Below, piece after piece: positions 12,601 through 21,565 of a DNA stretch of 35,987 bases (positions are counted from its first letter, which is position 1; every line of letters begins with the position of its first letter). The DNA lies in the NCBI GenBank assembly GCA_035221665.1, contig JAVHYY010000912.1, positions 62,001-97,987 of the forward strand. The letters are read 5' to 3'. The stretch comes from Okamejei kenojei (taxonomy: Eukaryota). The notes under the pieces are model-generated. The model saw only the letters and a program-made list of their open reading frames with translations, was not told where the DNA came from and ran no database searches. A program made the position numbers and the translations under genes.

Positions 12601-12917
12601 GAGTCTTTAGGCTTGTTTTAACAACGCTCTTACCTCTTATAGAAATATGTTGAAAAGTGGCCCTTTTTGATTTTTACCCTGGTTTTGTCTGCCTGCCACT
12701 TTTATTTTTCACCTTGCTACCTATTGCTTCTACTCTCATTTTACACCCACTTGCCTCTCTGCTCTGTACCCAACCCCCTGCCACATTAGTTTAAATCCTC
12801 CCCGACAGCACTAGCAAACACTACCCCAAGGACATTGGTTCCATTCCAGCCCAGGTGCAGACCGTCCTGTTTGTACTGGTCCCAACCTCCCCCTAGTTTG
12901 TACTGGTCCCACCTCCT
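9627..12917 (-). mobile_element. CR1 LINE copy 2, 5'-truncated, with candidate 6-bp TSD CCATTT
   Basis: (TTCTATGT)n tail 9627-9647. Frameshifted ORF2 (FADDTKL, GVPQGSVLGP, SDHNMVEF, IIGDFN) and ORF1 end DGLHLGWNGTNVLG. CCATTT at 9621-9626 and 12918-12923. Empty site AAAACATTTGCTGGAG at ~25778-25793. Confidence 0.96.
10309..10389 (+). mobile_element. 81-bp 3'-end fragment of another LINE/SINE inserted in CR1 copy 2
   Basis: Absent from the aligned position of CR1 copy 1 (3111-3122). Flanked by ACCTG direct repeats (10304-10308, 10390-10394). Ends GGGCCTGTTTCCGTGCTGTAA plus a (TTATATGG)n tail. Confidence 0.88.
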
Positions 12918-13429
12918 CCATTTGCTGGAGCTGCTTCCACTTGAGCCCTGTTGGGACCAGTAGCCCGGCAAACTGCACAACGGGACGGTAGATTGGGCTT
13001 CCTGCTGCAAGTAGGAAGTGTCAATATGAGTTTTTGCATAGAGGAGGCACGCAGGATCACGTGATGTGTTGTAGGTTACACAGACTCACTTCGTCATCGT
13101 TTCCGCTCATCCAACCCTTTCCTTTTGCCGACCACGGATGGATTCAGGGGCCGATGTTGTTGCATGGTTGACACCAACTCAGAACTAGGATCCACGCCTG
13201 GCTTGTGCGGTGCTATCAATGAGCAAGTGTGGAATCGCTCTCCTCTTGTCCGCGGCCGCGATGACGTTGGCAATAAAGCTGCCCTCAACTGCAATGAGCA
13301 ACATTGCATTCCCCAATCGAGCAGAATCTCGCCAATGTAGGGAGATTAAGAAGATTATGTTCATCCTCGTCGCCAATAAGCGATATATTTTGAATCACGG
13401 TATCATTCATAATCGCACTAATACGTCTC

Positions 13430-13620
13430 ATACCTTCCCCCTGCTAACTTTGATATTTCCTAGATCACCGTCCGCTTTGATATAACGTTTTCACGTCTTA
13501 CCTTTCCATATCGCTAGTCTCCGTCTCCCCTGAATATCAGCCTCGACTCGAAACGTCACCCATTTCTCTCCGAATATGCCTCATGTCCTGCTGGTACATC
13601 AACATGTTGTGTCTATCTTC
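13430..13620 (+). mobile_element. Probable Penelope-like terminal-repeat fragment (paralog ~26330-26530)
   Basis: CTCGACTCGAAACGTCACCCATT...GTGTCTATCTTC resembles the repeat family also seen at 14750-14880, 18830-18902 and 35694-35844. Family assignment is from memory. Confidence 0.45.
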
Positions 13621-14105
13621 GGCAGGGTACAACATGATTTAACTCCCTAAACTAGAGTACAGACTGGTGCACATCTACCGCAAGGTGGATATTGGGATTG
13701 ATTCTGGAATTGATGCGCGACAATGTGGATAACTTTATTCTGCACTCTGTATCTTTCCCTTAGCTCTATCTATTTCAGTTCGGTTTGAATGGGTTGTATT
13801 TATGGATCGTTATCTGATCTGCTGGTAAGCATGGTAAGCATAGTTTATCACTGTATTTCTGACCATTATGAATATAAACCGAATCCATGTGTTTTCCAGA
13901 CATCAGACATGGCGATTCTGTTCACACAGATTGCGCCCTCAGCACGGAGCACACAAAGGGAGTTGGTGGGTTTCTGCTGCGTCGATGTCACCGTAGCCCT
14001 CGAGGGAAACTGAGTGAGTTGGGAAGAATTCTCAGGCGGCGAAAAACCACAACCACCAAGCGCGGAGCAGAAGTATCTAGCTGCAGCAGGCAAAGCGGAA
14101 GCTGA

Positions 14106-14144
14106 TGCTTTCGTAGGAAGGTTTAACTTGTTTCCATCACTGTG
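14106..14144 (-). promoter_or_regulatory. V(D)J recombination signal sequence, 23-bp spacer
   Basis: Minus strand: perfect heptamer CACAGTG (14144-14138), 23-nt spacer, nonamer ACGAAAGCA (14114-14106; 6/9 match to ACAAAAACC), directly after YCAFSG. Confidence 0.92.
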
Positions 14145-14627
14145 CCGCTAAAGGCGCAGTAATGACATGCAGAGTCGCTCAGCATCAGCCCCGATAGGGT
14201 TAAACTGACTAATTTTCTCTCGGTCTGGAGCTGGACAAAGAAGCGAGCGCCTGCAAAGTCGGCTTTCTCCTCGGTTCCATCTGAATATTTCCACAATATG
14301 AACTCGAGCCTTAAGTCCTGATGATGCCGGTACCAAAATAAGTTCCAGTACGTTTCTGCGGTATGATAGGTGCAGCTGAAAGCCATCGACTCTCCTTCTG
14401 TCTTCTGCGCTGACGGCAGCGATTGTGTGACAGTATTTCCATGATTGGGATCTGACAAAAAAAAATGAGATTTAGGTTTGTTATGCCTGCACCAAAAATA
14501 CGCGGAAGACCTTTGTATTACATGCTAGCCAAACAGATCAACTGATAATATACTTAAATATAATAAAATCAAATGCACGTTCAATAGCTAGATAAAGAGA
14601 ACAAAGAAAGTGCAGAATAAAGTTCAT
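14145..14627 (-). CDS. TRAV/TRDV: T-cell receptor alpha/delta-type V gene segment (leader exon 14627-14579, 127-nt intron, V exon 14451-14145), open frame
   Basis: Spliced product MNFILHFLCSLYLAIEHPNHGNTVTQSLPSAQKTEGESMAFSCTYHTAETYWNLFWYRHHQDLRLEFILWKYSDGTEEKADFAGARFFVQLQTERKLVSLTLSGLMLSDSACHYCAFS. 49-nt leader, phase-1 GT..AG intron with a poly-T tract, conserved Cys/Trp/Cys, followed by a 23-RSS. Alpha versus delta cannot be resolved from this window. Confidence 0.9.
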
Positions 14628-14749
14628 ATTATTGTAGCGAATTAGTTCCAGAGACAAAGGCCAATGTCGACACTGGGGTAGACATGCATCGCATAGCTCG
14701 CTTGCATATCGAGGTGAACCGAACATTACCGGGGGTAACAGGTAGTAAG

Positions 14750-14880
14750 GAACTGCAGATGCTGACGTAAACCGAAGCTAGACACGAAAATCTAGAGTAA
14801 CTCAGCGGGTCAGCCAGCCTCTCGTGACAAAAACAATAGGTGACCTGAAGAAGGGCCTCGACCAGAAACATTACCCAAAC
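14750..14880. mobile_element. Probable Penelope-like terminal-repeat fragment with degenerate hammerhead core (paralog ~27655-27785)
   Basis: GAACTGCAGATGCTG...GAGTAACTCAGCGGGTCAG...CTGAAGAAGGGCCTCGACCAGAAAC. Confidence 0.5.
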
Positions 14881-15479
14881 CAATAAATGTTATCCATGGC
14901 AAATGCATGACGATTAGGTTGTACCCGGCTTTCCATTTACATGTAGAAAAAGATTAGAACGGTTCGCATTCACAATGATGGTCGACGTTCCGTCGGAGTA
15001 AATGGCGGGATTAACACCCGCGACATTCCCTATCAGGCATGCTCCCCGCACAATCCAAATGGCAAATACGCGCATTTTCCCAGTGAAAAACCCTTTGTGA
15101 ATGTTCCTTCTCGACCTCGTGCTGAGCGGCTTTCGGATGTTCTCGCCTCTCCTGCTGGAGCTGGTGGCGCTGTGGTAACGGTGGGCGGGAAGCGACTAAC
15201 TTCCGCCTACCTCAACTTCCTCTCCATTTGGGAGTCGGTCAGCGTTCTTTCAGGTTAGGCATGTAGTGACTGGGTGGGGAAGGAAACGTCGTCATCGCTG
15301 TAACAGGGGAAACTAGGCTTGGCTTTATGAGGAACTCTGAGGTATCATAATATAAAAGAGCTGTGATGAGCGGGTCAATGAGGGAATTATAGGTTACGTT
15401 GGTTGCTTGGCGAAATCTACTTTCTGTTTAAATTTATCTCCGAGTTAAAAATGATTCCCGTTCCCAGAACGAACTGCAC

Positions 15480-16230
15480 GGAACGGATTCGATGCGAGAT
15501 AGATGCAAGTTAGGATGCGAGGCCACCTTTAGAGTATTGCGTTCCGTTTTGGGCACCGTGGTGGGTATCTGGATCGAGCTGCCGGGGTAGGTGGTGGAGG
15601 AAGGCGCTAGCACAACACTTTTGACAGGTACATGTAAAGGATAGACATGGAGGAATATGGGCCAAGCGCAGGATGGTGGGATTTGTGTGTTTATGTGTGC
15701 GTGTGTGTGTGTGTGAGAGAGAGAAAAAGAGAGAGCGTGGGAGCCTCTGTTCGCTGCCCTTGGCCCCATGCATACGCTGATCATCATGTTTGGTGGCAGA
15801 GGTAATTGATTTCAGAGGTGTTGTTGGATTGGAAACTATATGTAGTACATCATCTACTTTGCAGTCGATTTACCAAGTTATATAGTCGTGGGTGTTTCGA
15901 GCATGGAAATAGGCCATCCGCTCAATCCGCCCACATCGAAGAAAATGCGCCATCTACATTAGTCTAATTTGCCTGCGTTAGGCCCATATCCCTCTATACC
16001 TTTCCTCTCCATGTACCTAATCGAAATGTCTTTTAAAATTTGAGATGGTAACTGCCTCAACAACCTCCTCTGTCCGCTCGTTCGATACACCCTCCACCAT
16101 TGCGTGAAAACGCTTCCCCTCAAGCTCCTATTAAATCTCTCCGTTTCACCTGAAACTCGAATGAACCCTACTCTGGGTAGATAGCTCTGTGAATACACGC
16201 TGTATATTCCCCCCGTGATCGTATACACCT
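15480..16230. mobile_element. Cluster of old LINE (CR1/L2-group) 3' fragments in both orientations with a (TG)n(AG)n tract
   Basis: Plus-strand fragment ...GACAGGTACATG..GGATAG..ATGGAGGAATATGGGCCAAGCGCAGG (15620-15675). Minus-strand fragment ...MERKGIEGYGPNAGKLD (ORF 15959-16228). Confidence 0.55.
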
Positions 16231-17389
16231 CTACGTGATCAGTTAAGTAGTCTTTTCCTGGAATGTAGTGCTAATATTAGCAGTGATGAAAGATTCAGTT
16301 GTAAAATTCGGATTAGATCTGAGAAGACCAGTTGGTAGGGCGATAGACACAGCAAAGCGTTGTTGACCCAGGCCAATAAACGTTGGGATTGAACCAACTT
16401 TTCTGGCCGTATTCGTGCTTCAGGAGACAGGTGGTTGGCAGTGACGACCGTGACACAACGGACAACAGGTACATTAGTAATTGTACTGCTTTGATTTTCT
16501 CACGTAATTCAAGGTTCACAAATTCAGGATGGACAGTAAGCAGACAGCGTCAAAGGGGCGAGAAGCAGATGTATCTCATGTCGATATTCTTGTATTGAAA
16601 TTCGCATAGACAGAACAACCGATAGTAAAACACATAGTGCCGGAGTGCTCAGCAGGTCGAGAAGCATCCGTGAAGGGAATGGATAGGGCGAAGTTTCGAG
16701 TCGGGACCCGTCGTTGGTCTGATTGTGGGCTACTGATCCTAAAGATCGCCTGTCTATTTTCCTCTACGGTTGAGGCCTGATCTACTCGCTTTTCCGGTAC
16801 TTTCAGTGCCGCTCAATATTTCAACATCCGTCAGTTTCACCGTCGAAAGCAAAGATCTATATAGTTCCGCAATAGGACCTTTGGTCGAAAGAAGGTTAAC
16901 ACTGGAGAGAACTCGAATAGCCAGCAGAAAAGTATGGAAAAGGGCGGAATGCAGGAATGATGTTATGAACAACGGTTTATTGTGCCAGGTACAACGGTTA
17001 TAGCAACGGAATAGAGACAACTGTAGACCGCGTCGTTATGAAGATAAACTGGGAAAATGTGTATTGAACACGGTGATTACTCATTACGTGCAGAGGTGAG
17101 GGTGCACGACATCCAGTCGGGGGACATGCAGTGCTTCGCGGAGGTTTGGAGAATATTCATTGGAACTGTGGCGAGTTTGGAGGATTCCAAAGGACAGTAT
17201 CTCCCCATTGTCCCCATTCAAGGAGTATAGCCGCGCTGGTCCACATGGGCCATGTATATGTACAGCGTACTTTCACTCTATCCCCCAAAGTCCCCAAGTG
17301 CACACACGGAGACAGTACAGTCTTTTCTTTGATTGCTTAGCATGCAAAAAACGTTATTTTCTAAACTATTTCTCATTATACGTGGCAAT

Positions 17390-17595
17390 ACCAAACTGAT
17401 CTAAACCAAACTAAACTAAGCTAAACCAAACAAACTAAGCTAAACTAAACAAACTAAACAAAACAAAACTAAACTAAACAGAACTAGAGTAAACTTACCT
17501 TAACTGAACTGAATTGAACTCAACAAAAGGAAATTAATCTAAATTAAACTGAACTGAACTAAACCAAACTGAACCGAATTAAACTAAACTTAATG
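17390..17595. repeat. Degenerate (AAACT)n pentamer tract upstream of the plus-strand V
   Basis: Visible AAACT/GAACT/AAACC repeats; paralog at 30530-30705. Confidence 0.9.
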
Positions 17596-17729
17596 AAATT
17601 CACAGACATGATTTGGGAGCCGTTCAATGCACAATGACTTTCAGGTATTTACATGTGGTTACGTTTGCTCATCATATATAATCACAGAGCTCCTTGGGTA
17701 ACACTATTTTGCTTTTATAGCTTCAGATT

Positions 17730-17885
17730 TTCCCTTATAAATACAGTGACTCCAGCGCAGCTGTTCTGTCAACAGATAGACCCCACCCCGCTCACCGCCG
17801 CTGGAGAGCCAACTGAGACACGGGGCAACAACGAGGGAGCGCTCTCTTTGCCGCCATCACATCAACAATTCAGCTGATAGACACC
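17730..17885 (+). promoter_or_regulatory. Candidate proximal promoter of the plus-strand V
   Basis: TATAAATA at 17736. Two CAGCTG E-boxes (17758, 17871) are retained in the paralog (30871, 30983) upstream of CACCATG. Confidence 0.4.
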
Positions 17886-18245
17886 ATGTGGTTCCTCATT
17901 ATCTGGATGGCGTGGGAAACATATTTGATAAGTAATAGTGACACACATGCATTTATTTTCTATTTTACTTGTGGAACAGGTTCTGAATCTCAGACTTTAA
18001 ATCTCGCCGTTCTGATAATTTTTTTCCGTTTGGATTTATTGTTACAGATCACGGCCGTGCAGATTCTGTCACGCAGTCGCCGCCATTAGCAGTGAAGACA
18101 GAAGGAGAAACAGTGACGTTGGAATGCACCGTTTCTCCCCGGGTGCCTTCAGTATATACTGGTATCGACAGATGTCCGTCTCAGAGCCTGTCTCAGAGTA
18201 CACTTTACGGAAAGACAGCGATGGCGATGAATGGAAAGTAGTTTT
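17886..18245 (+). pseudogene. TCR alpha/delta-type V pseudogene (leader 17886-17931, V exon from 18048; frameshift in CDR1; FR3 and RSS deleted)
   Basis: Leader MWFLIIWMAWETYLI, GTAATA donor, TTACAG acceptor. Reads HGRADSVTQSPPLAVKTEGETVTLECT, then in a shifted frame AFSIYWYRQMSVSEPVSEYTLRKDSDGDEWK. The sequence then jumps to the 3' flank relative to the paralog. Confidence 0.9.
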
Positions 18246-18619
18246 TGGAACGATTTGAGCAGGTGCGCCGATGGTTTATTTCCGATTCGCTGAGAACGGT
18301 CACGCCTGAATCCCTTCCTTCCGTTACTGGCTCCTGTTCTTTTCTATTCTCCGCTCCATCTCTCTCTGTACAACAGCTTGGAAATGAAAGTCTTGCAGCT
18401 TCCCAGCTTTCCAGAAAACGCGGTATTAGGGATGTTCCTTGTTCTATTCAGATTCAAAAAATTATTTATTCAAAGTCTCCTACCAATTGTGATCATTCCC
18501 TGCCGATTACGATGAACACAATGTCTGGCGGTGTGTAGATTGCACGTTCTCCTGTTCGTCGAAATAGATCGTAATATATCGTTAAGTCGCAGAATATCTT
18601 ACTCAGAATAGGTGAAGCA

Positions 18620-18985
18620 AGAACCCGTGGACATGGGTAATATGCGGTGGGGGGGGGTTAATAGTAACCTGAGTGGTAATTTTTTCCACACATACGGTGG
18701 CGCTGTACGGAAGGAGCTGCCGGAGGAGGCAGTTAAGGCAGGGACTATAGCAACGTTGACGCAACTTTAGACAGGGGCATGGATTGGACAGGTTTAGAGG
18801 GATATGGGCAAAACGCATGGCGGCGGGAGTAACTCAGCGTGATAGGCAGCATTTCTGCAGAGATGGAATGTGTGACGTTGCGGGCCGAGACCCTTCTTCA
18901 GACATCTTCAGATGGGGCATGTTGTCGACGTGGGCAAATAAGGCCAAAGGACCTCTTTCCATGTTGTATGACTTTATGACTACAA
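18620..18985 (+). mobile_element. Old LINE 3' fragment interrupted by a minus-strand Penelope-like repeat piece (18830-18902)
   Basis: GAGCTGCCGGAGGAGGCAGTT...TTTAGAGGGATATGGGCAAAACGCA...GGCCAAAGGACCTCTTTCCATGTTGTATGACT; paralog ~31880-32190. Confidence 0.55.
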
Positions 18986-19879
18986 TTATTATATCCCCCA
19001 ATCCCTGACACCATTAATTGATTGGTATTAAGATGCAGCATGAAAACAGGCCCATCAGTCAAAAGAGTGCACGACGACCATCACTCAGCAGTTCACACTA
19101 GTTCCTACTTTCGCTTCCATGGCGTACGCATGAAGTCAAATTTACACCGGCCAATTGACCTACAATCACGCACGACATTTGAGATGTGGGGGAAAACCGA
19201 AGCTCCCGGAGGAAAGATAAGCGGTGGCATGGTTAACTTGCAGACTCCACATAGACAGTGCCTAATGTGAGAAAAACAGAACGTTTCACTACTGTGCCAT
19301 AGTAGACGGGTGAGGCGTAAGAGCGAGATGGGGCATCAACGGTTAGAATAGTAAGATAAAAGGATAACTTGCCAGTTTGATGTTTGATCTTCATTTTATG
19401 AGGAGTTGCGATGAGGGATTTCGTGAAGACCCTGCCAGGCACGCATGCGCGACATTCTTCAAAGCAGCGGTGCGGAATCACAGATAACAACAATGACTGA
19501 AGATAGTAAGATTAAAGAACTCGAATATACCAGTTGACCTTATGATAGAGGGTTGGGAGCGGAGAGCACGAAATCCCTCATCGCAACTCCTCATAAAATA
19601 AAGATCAAACTTCAAACTGGTAAGTTTCTCGTTTAATCTTACTATTGTACTTCGGAGGTAAGTGAGTGACTTCGTGAATATTTCAAAGCTCAATGATTCC
19701 ATGCCCTTGACCACGTCCATGCTCACACACTGCCGTAATACTGATGGAGGAAGTATGAACGTATTTCAGACTTGAACAAGCTGAAAAATAATAACATTTG
19801 TTAATACAACAATAAACCTCTGAACTCGGGGACAAATGTTTAGGGAACAGCACTTAAAACTGAATCCGCCAACGTTGCG

Positions 19880-20620
19880 GGAGCGGCCACAGGTCTGTTA
19901 TAAAACCGCTGAAATGTAGTTTCACCGGCACAGCCCGCTATTGCGAGGACATAATCCATGAACACCTTCATGGTCCTCGCCGCTGAGGTGGATGCAGCCC
20001 TGGTAGAATGACATTTTCAAATTTTGTGTCTTACCTGCTGCAACGAATACCACCTTGAGTCATCTCCTGATGCCCATTTTCAGACCTGTAGTCGCAGGTC
20101 TGTGTAGTTTAAGCAACTCTTCTATAACGCAGTGACTTTATTGTGGCTCGAAACCATTCTATCCAGGCATTTGCTGTAGAGTTTGGACCCGTTGTGCTGT
20201 CTTCAGTGCCAGTACCATCACCACTTTGAAGGTGAATAAGTCCAGTGGTAAATCCGCCAAAGGCGACCAGCTCCTTAGTAATGTCAACACCACCCCCTAA
20301 TTCTCTGGTAATATATCGAGGTCGGGGAGGGATAGAACATTCCCTTCAGTGTGGATACCAGCTGGTGAGATCCCACTCCAATTTTGAGATAGGATGATAG
20401 TGCACTCCTGGCACTGTATATGGCACTGTAACTGAGGGACTCGTCATAATGCAGGCCCGTGAGGATTCCAGCACATTGGAGATTGTAGTAGATATGTAGG
20501 TGGTCTAGGTCCGACTATGGTAACCTCACATATCCTTATGTGGGTAAGGTACTGTTTCCTAGTTGACTCTCTCTGCACGCTGCTGTATGATGTCCATGGT
20601 CCTTTCTGTTGAAGATCTGG
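19880..20620 (-). pseudogene. DIRS tyrosine recombinase remnant
   Basis: FTFKVVMVLALKTAQRVQTL (~20175-20240) and HSTRAASTSAA...VLAIAG..ETTFQRFYNRP (20010-19891; putative catalytic Tyr codon 19902-19900). Stops and deletions are present. Confidence 0.88.
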
Positions 20621-20649
20621 TTGCGTTTTCTGCAACACCTATCAGATGA

Positions 20650-21565
20650 AGCAGAATGGAGGAAAGCATAGAAAACCCATTTTCCCCCAATGTAGCGAGA
20701 ACGCGTCCATCGCCACTGCCCCAGGATCTGGTTCTCAAGACACATATGTTGGTATCCAATGGTTGAACCTGGACGCAAGGAGGTCAATATCTGGTGTTCC
20801 ATATTAGGCTATAGTTTTAGCAAATATTTGGGGGTTCAACATCCACTTGATGTCGTTAGTAAATACTTGTGACCTGGTGTCCGCCACTGTATTGAGCTGA
20901 ACCGGAAGGTACGTAGCTGATATCCAAATATTTCTTTCAATCCACTAGAGCGAAATGATTTTTTCCAATTCATCACAAGATATTGACTTGATACCACCCA
21001 TAAGGTTTAAATGCGCCACCTCAGTGGTTTTATTGAAGATGGACATGCGTATGCTGCAGATTAGTGCATTAATCCCATAGCCCGTGACATGCTCCCAGCA
21101 TTTCTAAACAGTTTATACCTTGTGATTGAAAAAAAGTAGACTCGTGCAAATCCCATCTACCACCCCAACTGGAAGTGGTGTCAGTAGCTCCCCAGCCCTT
21201 GGTGCTTGCCTCGGTTTGTAACACTACTAATGGGTTTGATATAATGATGGGATTTAACAATCACAAACATAGCTAATCCACTATTGTAGCTCAATTTATG
21301 CCTTGATTGCTGCATAGGCCCGGCTGCATAGGCCCGTAAGAATGTCCAGCGTTCGCTTTTAATGCCGAGATTTTGCTCTTTGCAAGCTTAGATAATGCAA
21401 CGGCCCAATTATGTCGCTAGAATGTAGCCACAAGTTCAGCAATTATTTTAGCAGTATGTCTAATAGTCGGTTTCCTGGCGCAAGCAAGGCTGTTACATGC
21501 CTCTATTATGTCTATAGCTTTGTTCCCTGGGATAGTGACAATCAGCTCCCTTGCATCCCAGAATA
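20650..21565 (-). pseudogene. DIRS pol remnant: RT C-terminus, RNase H and Dam-like N6-adenine methyltransferase domain
   Basis: VTIPGNKAIDIIEAC...IRHTAKIIAELVATF, GPLHYLSLQRAK, LQTEASTKGWGA..GGRW..E..INCLEML (RNase H), GTPDIDLLASRFNH..YVS*EPDPGAVAMDAFSLHWG..FPPF (methyltransferase). Confidence 0.88.

Noticed and set aside
13029-13070. AGTTTTTGC nonamer-like motif suggesting a D/J RSS
   Set aside because: No heptamer at the correct spacing, spacing differs in the paralog, and no FGxG J motif follows.
13330-13385. Minus-strand LLATRMNIIFL resembling the RAG1 core LAIRVNTFL
   Set aside because: Very short match with no similarity on either side, and on the opposite strand to the putative zinc-finger relic.
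14145-18245. NARTCR cassette or IgH-like V
   Set aside because: Both Vs have their own leaders and TCR-type frameworks. No intervening D/J, no CDR1 Cys and no Ig octamer promoter were seen.
20650-20800. Adenine methyltransferase motif as bacterial contamination or horizontal transfer
   Set aside because: A Dam-like domain after RNase H is a normal part of DIRS pol.
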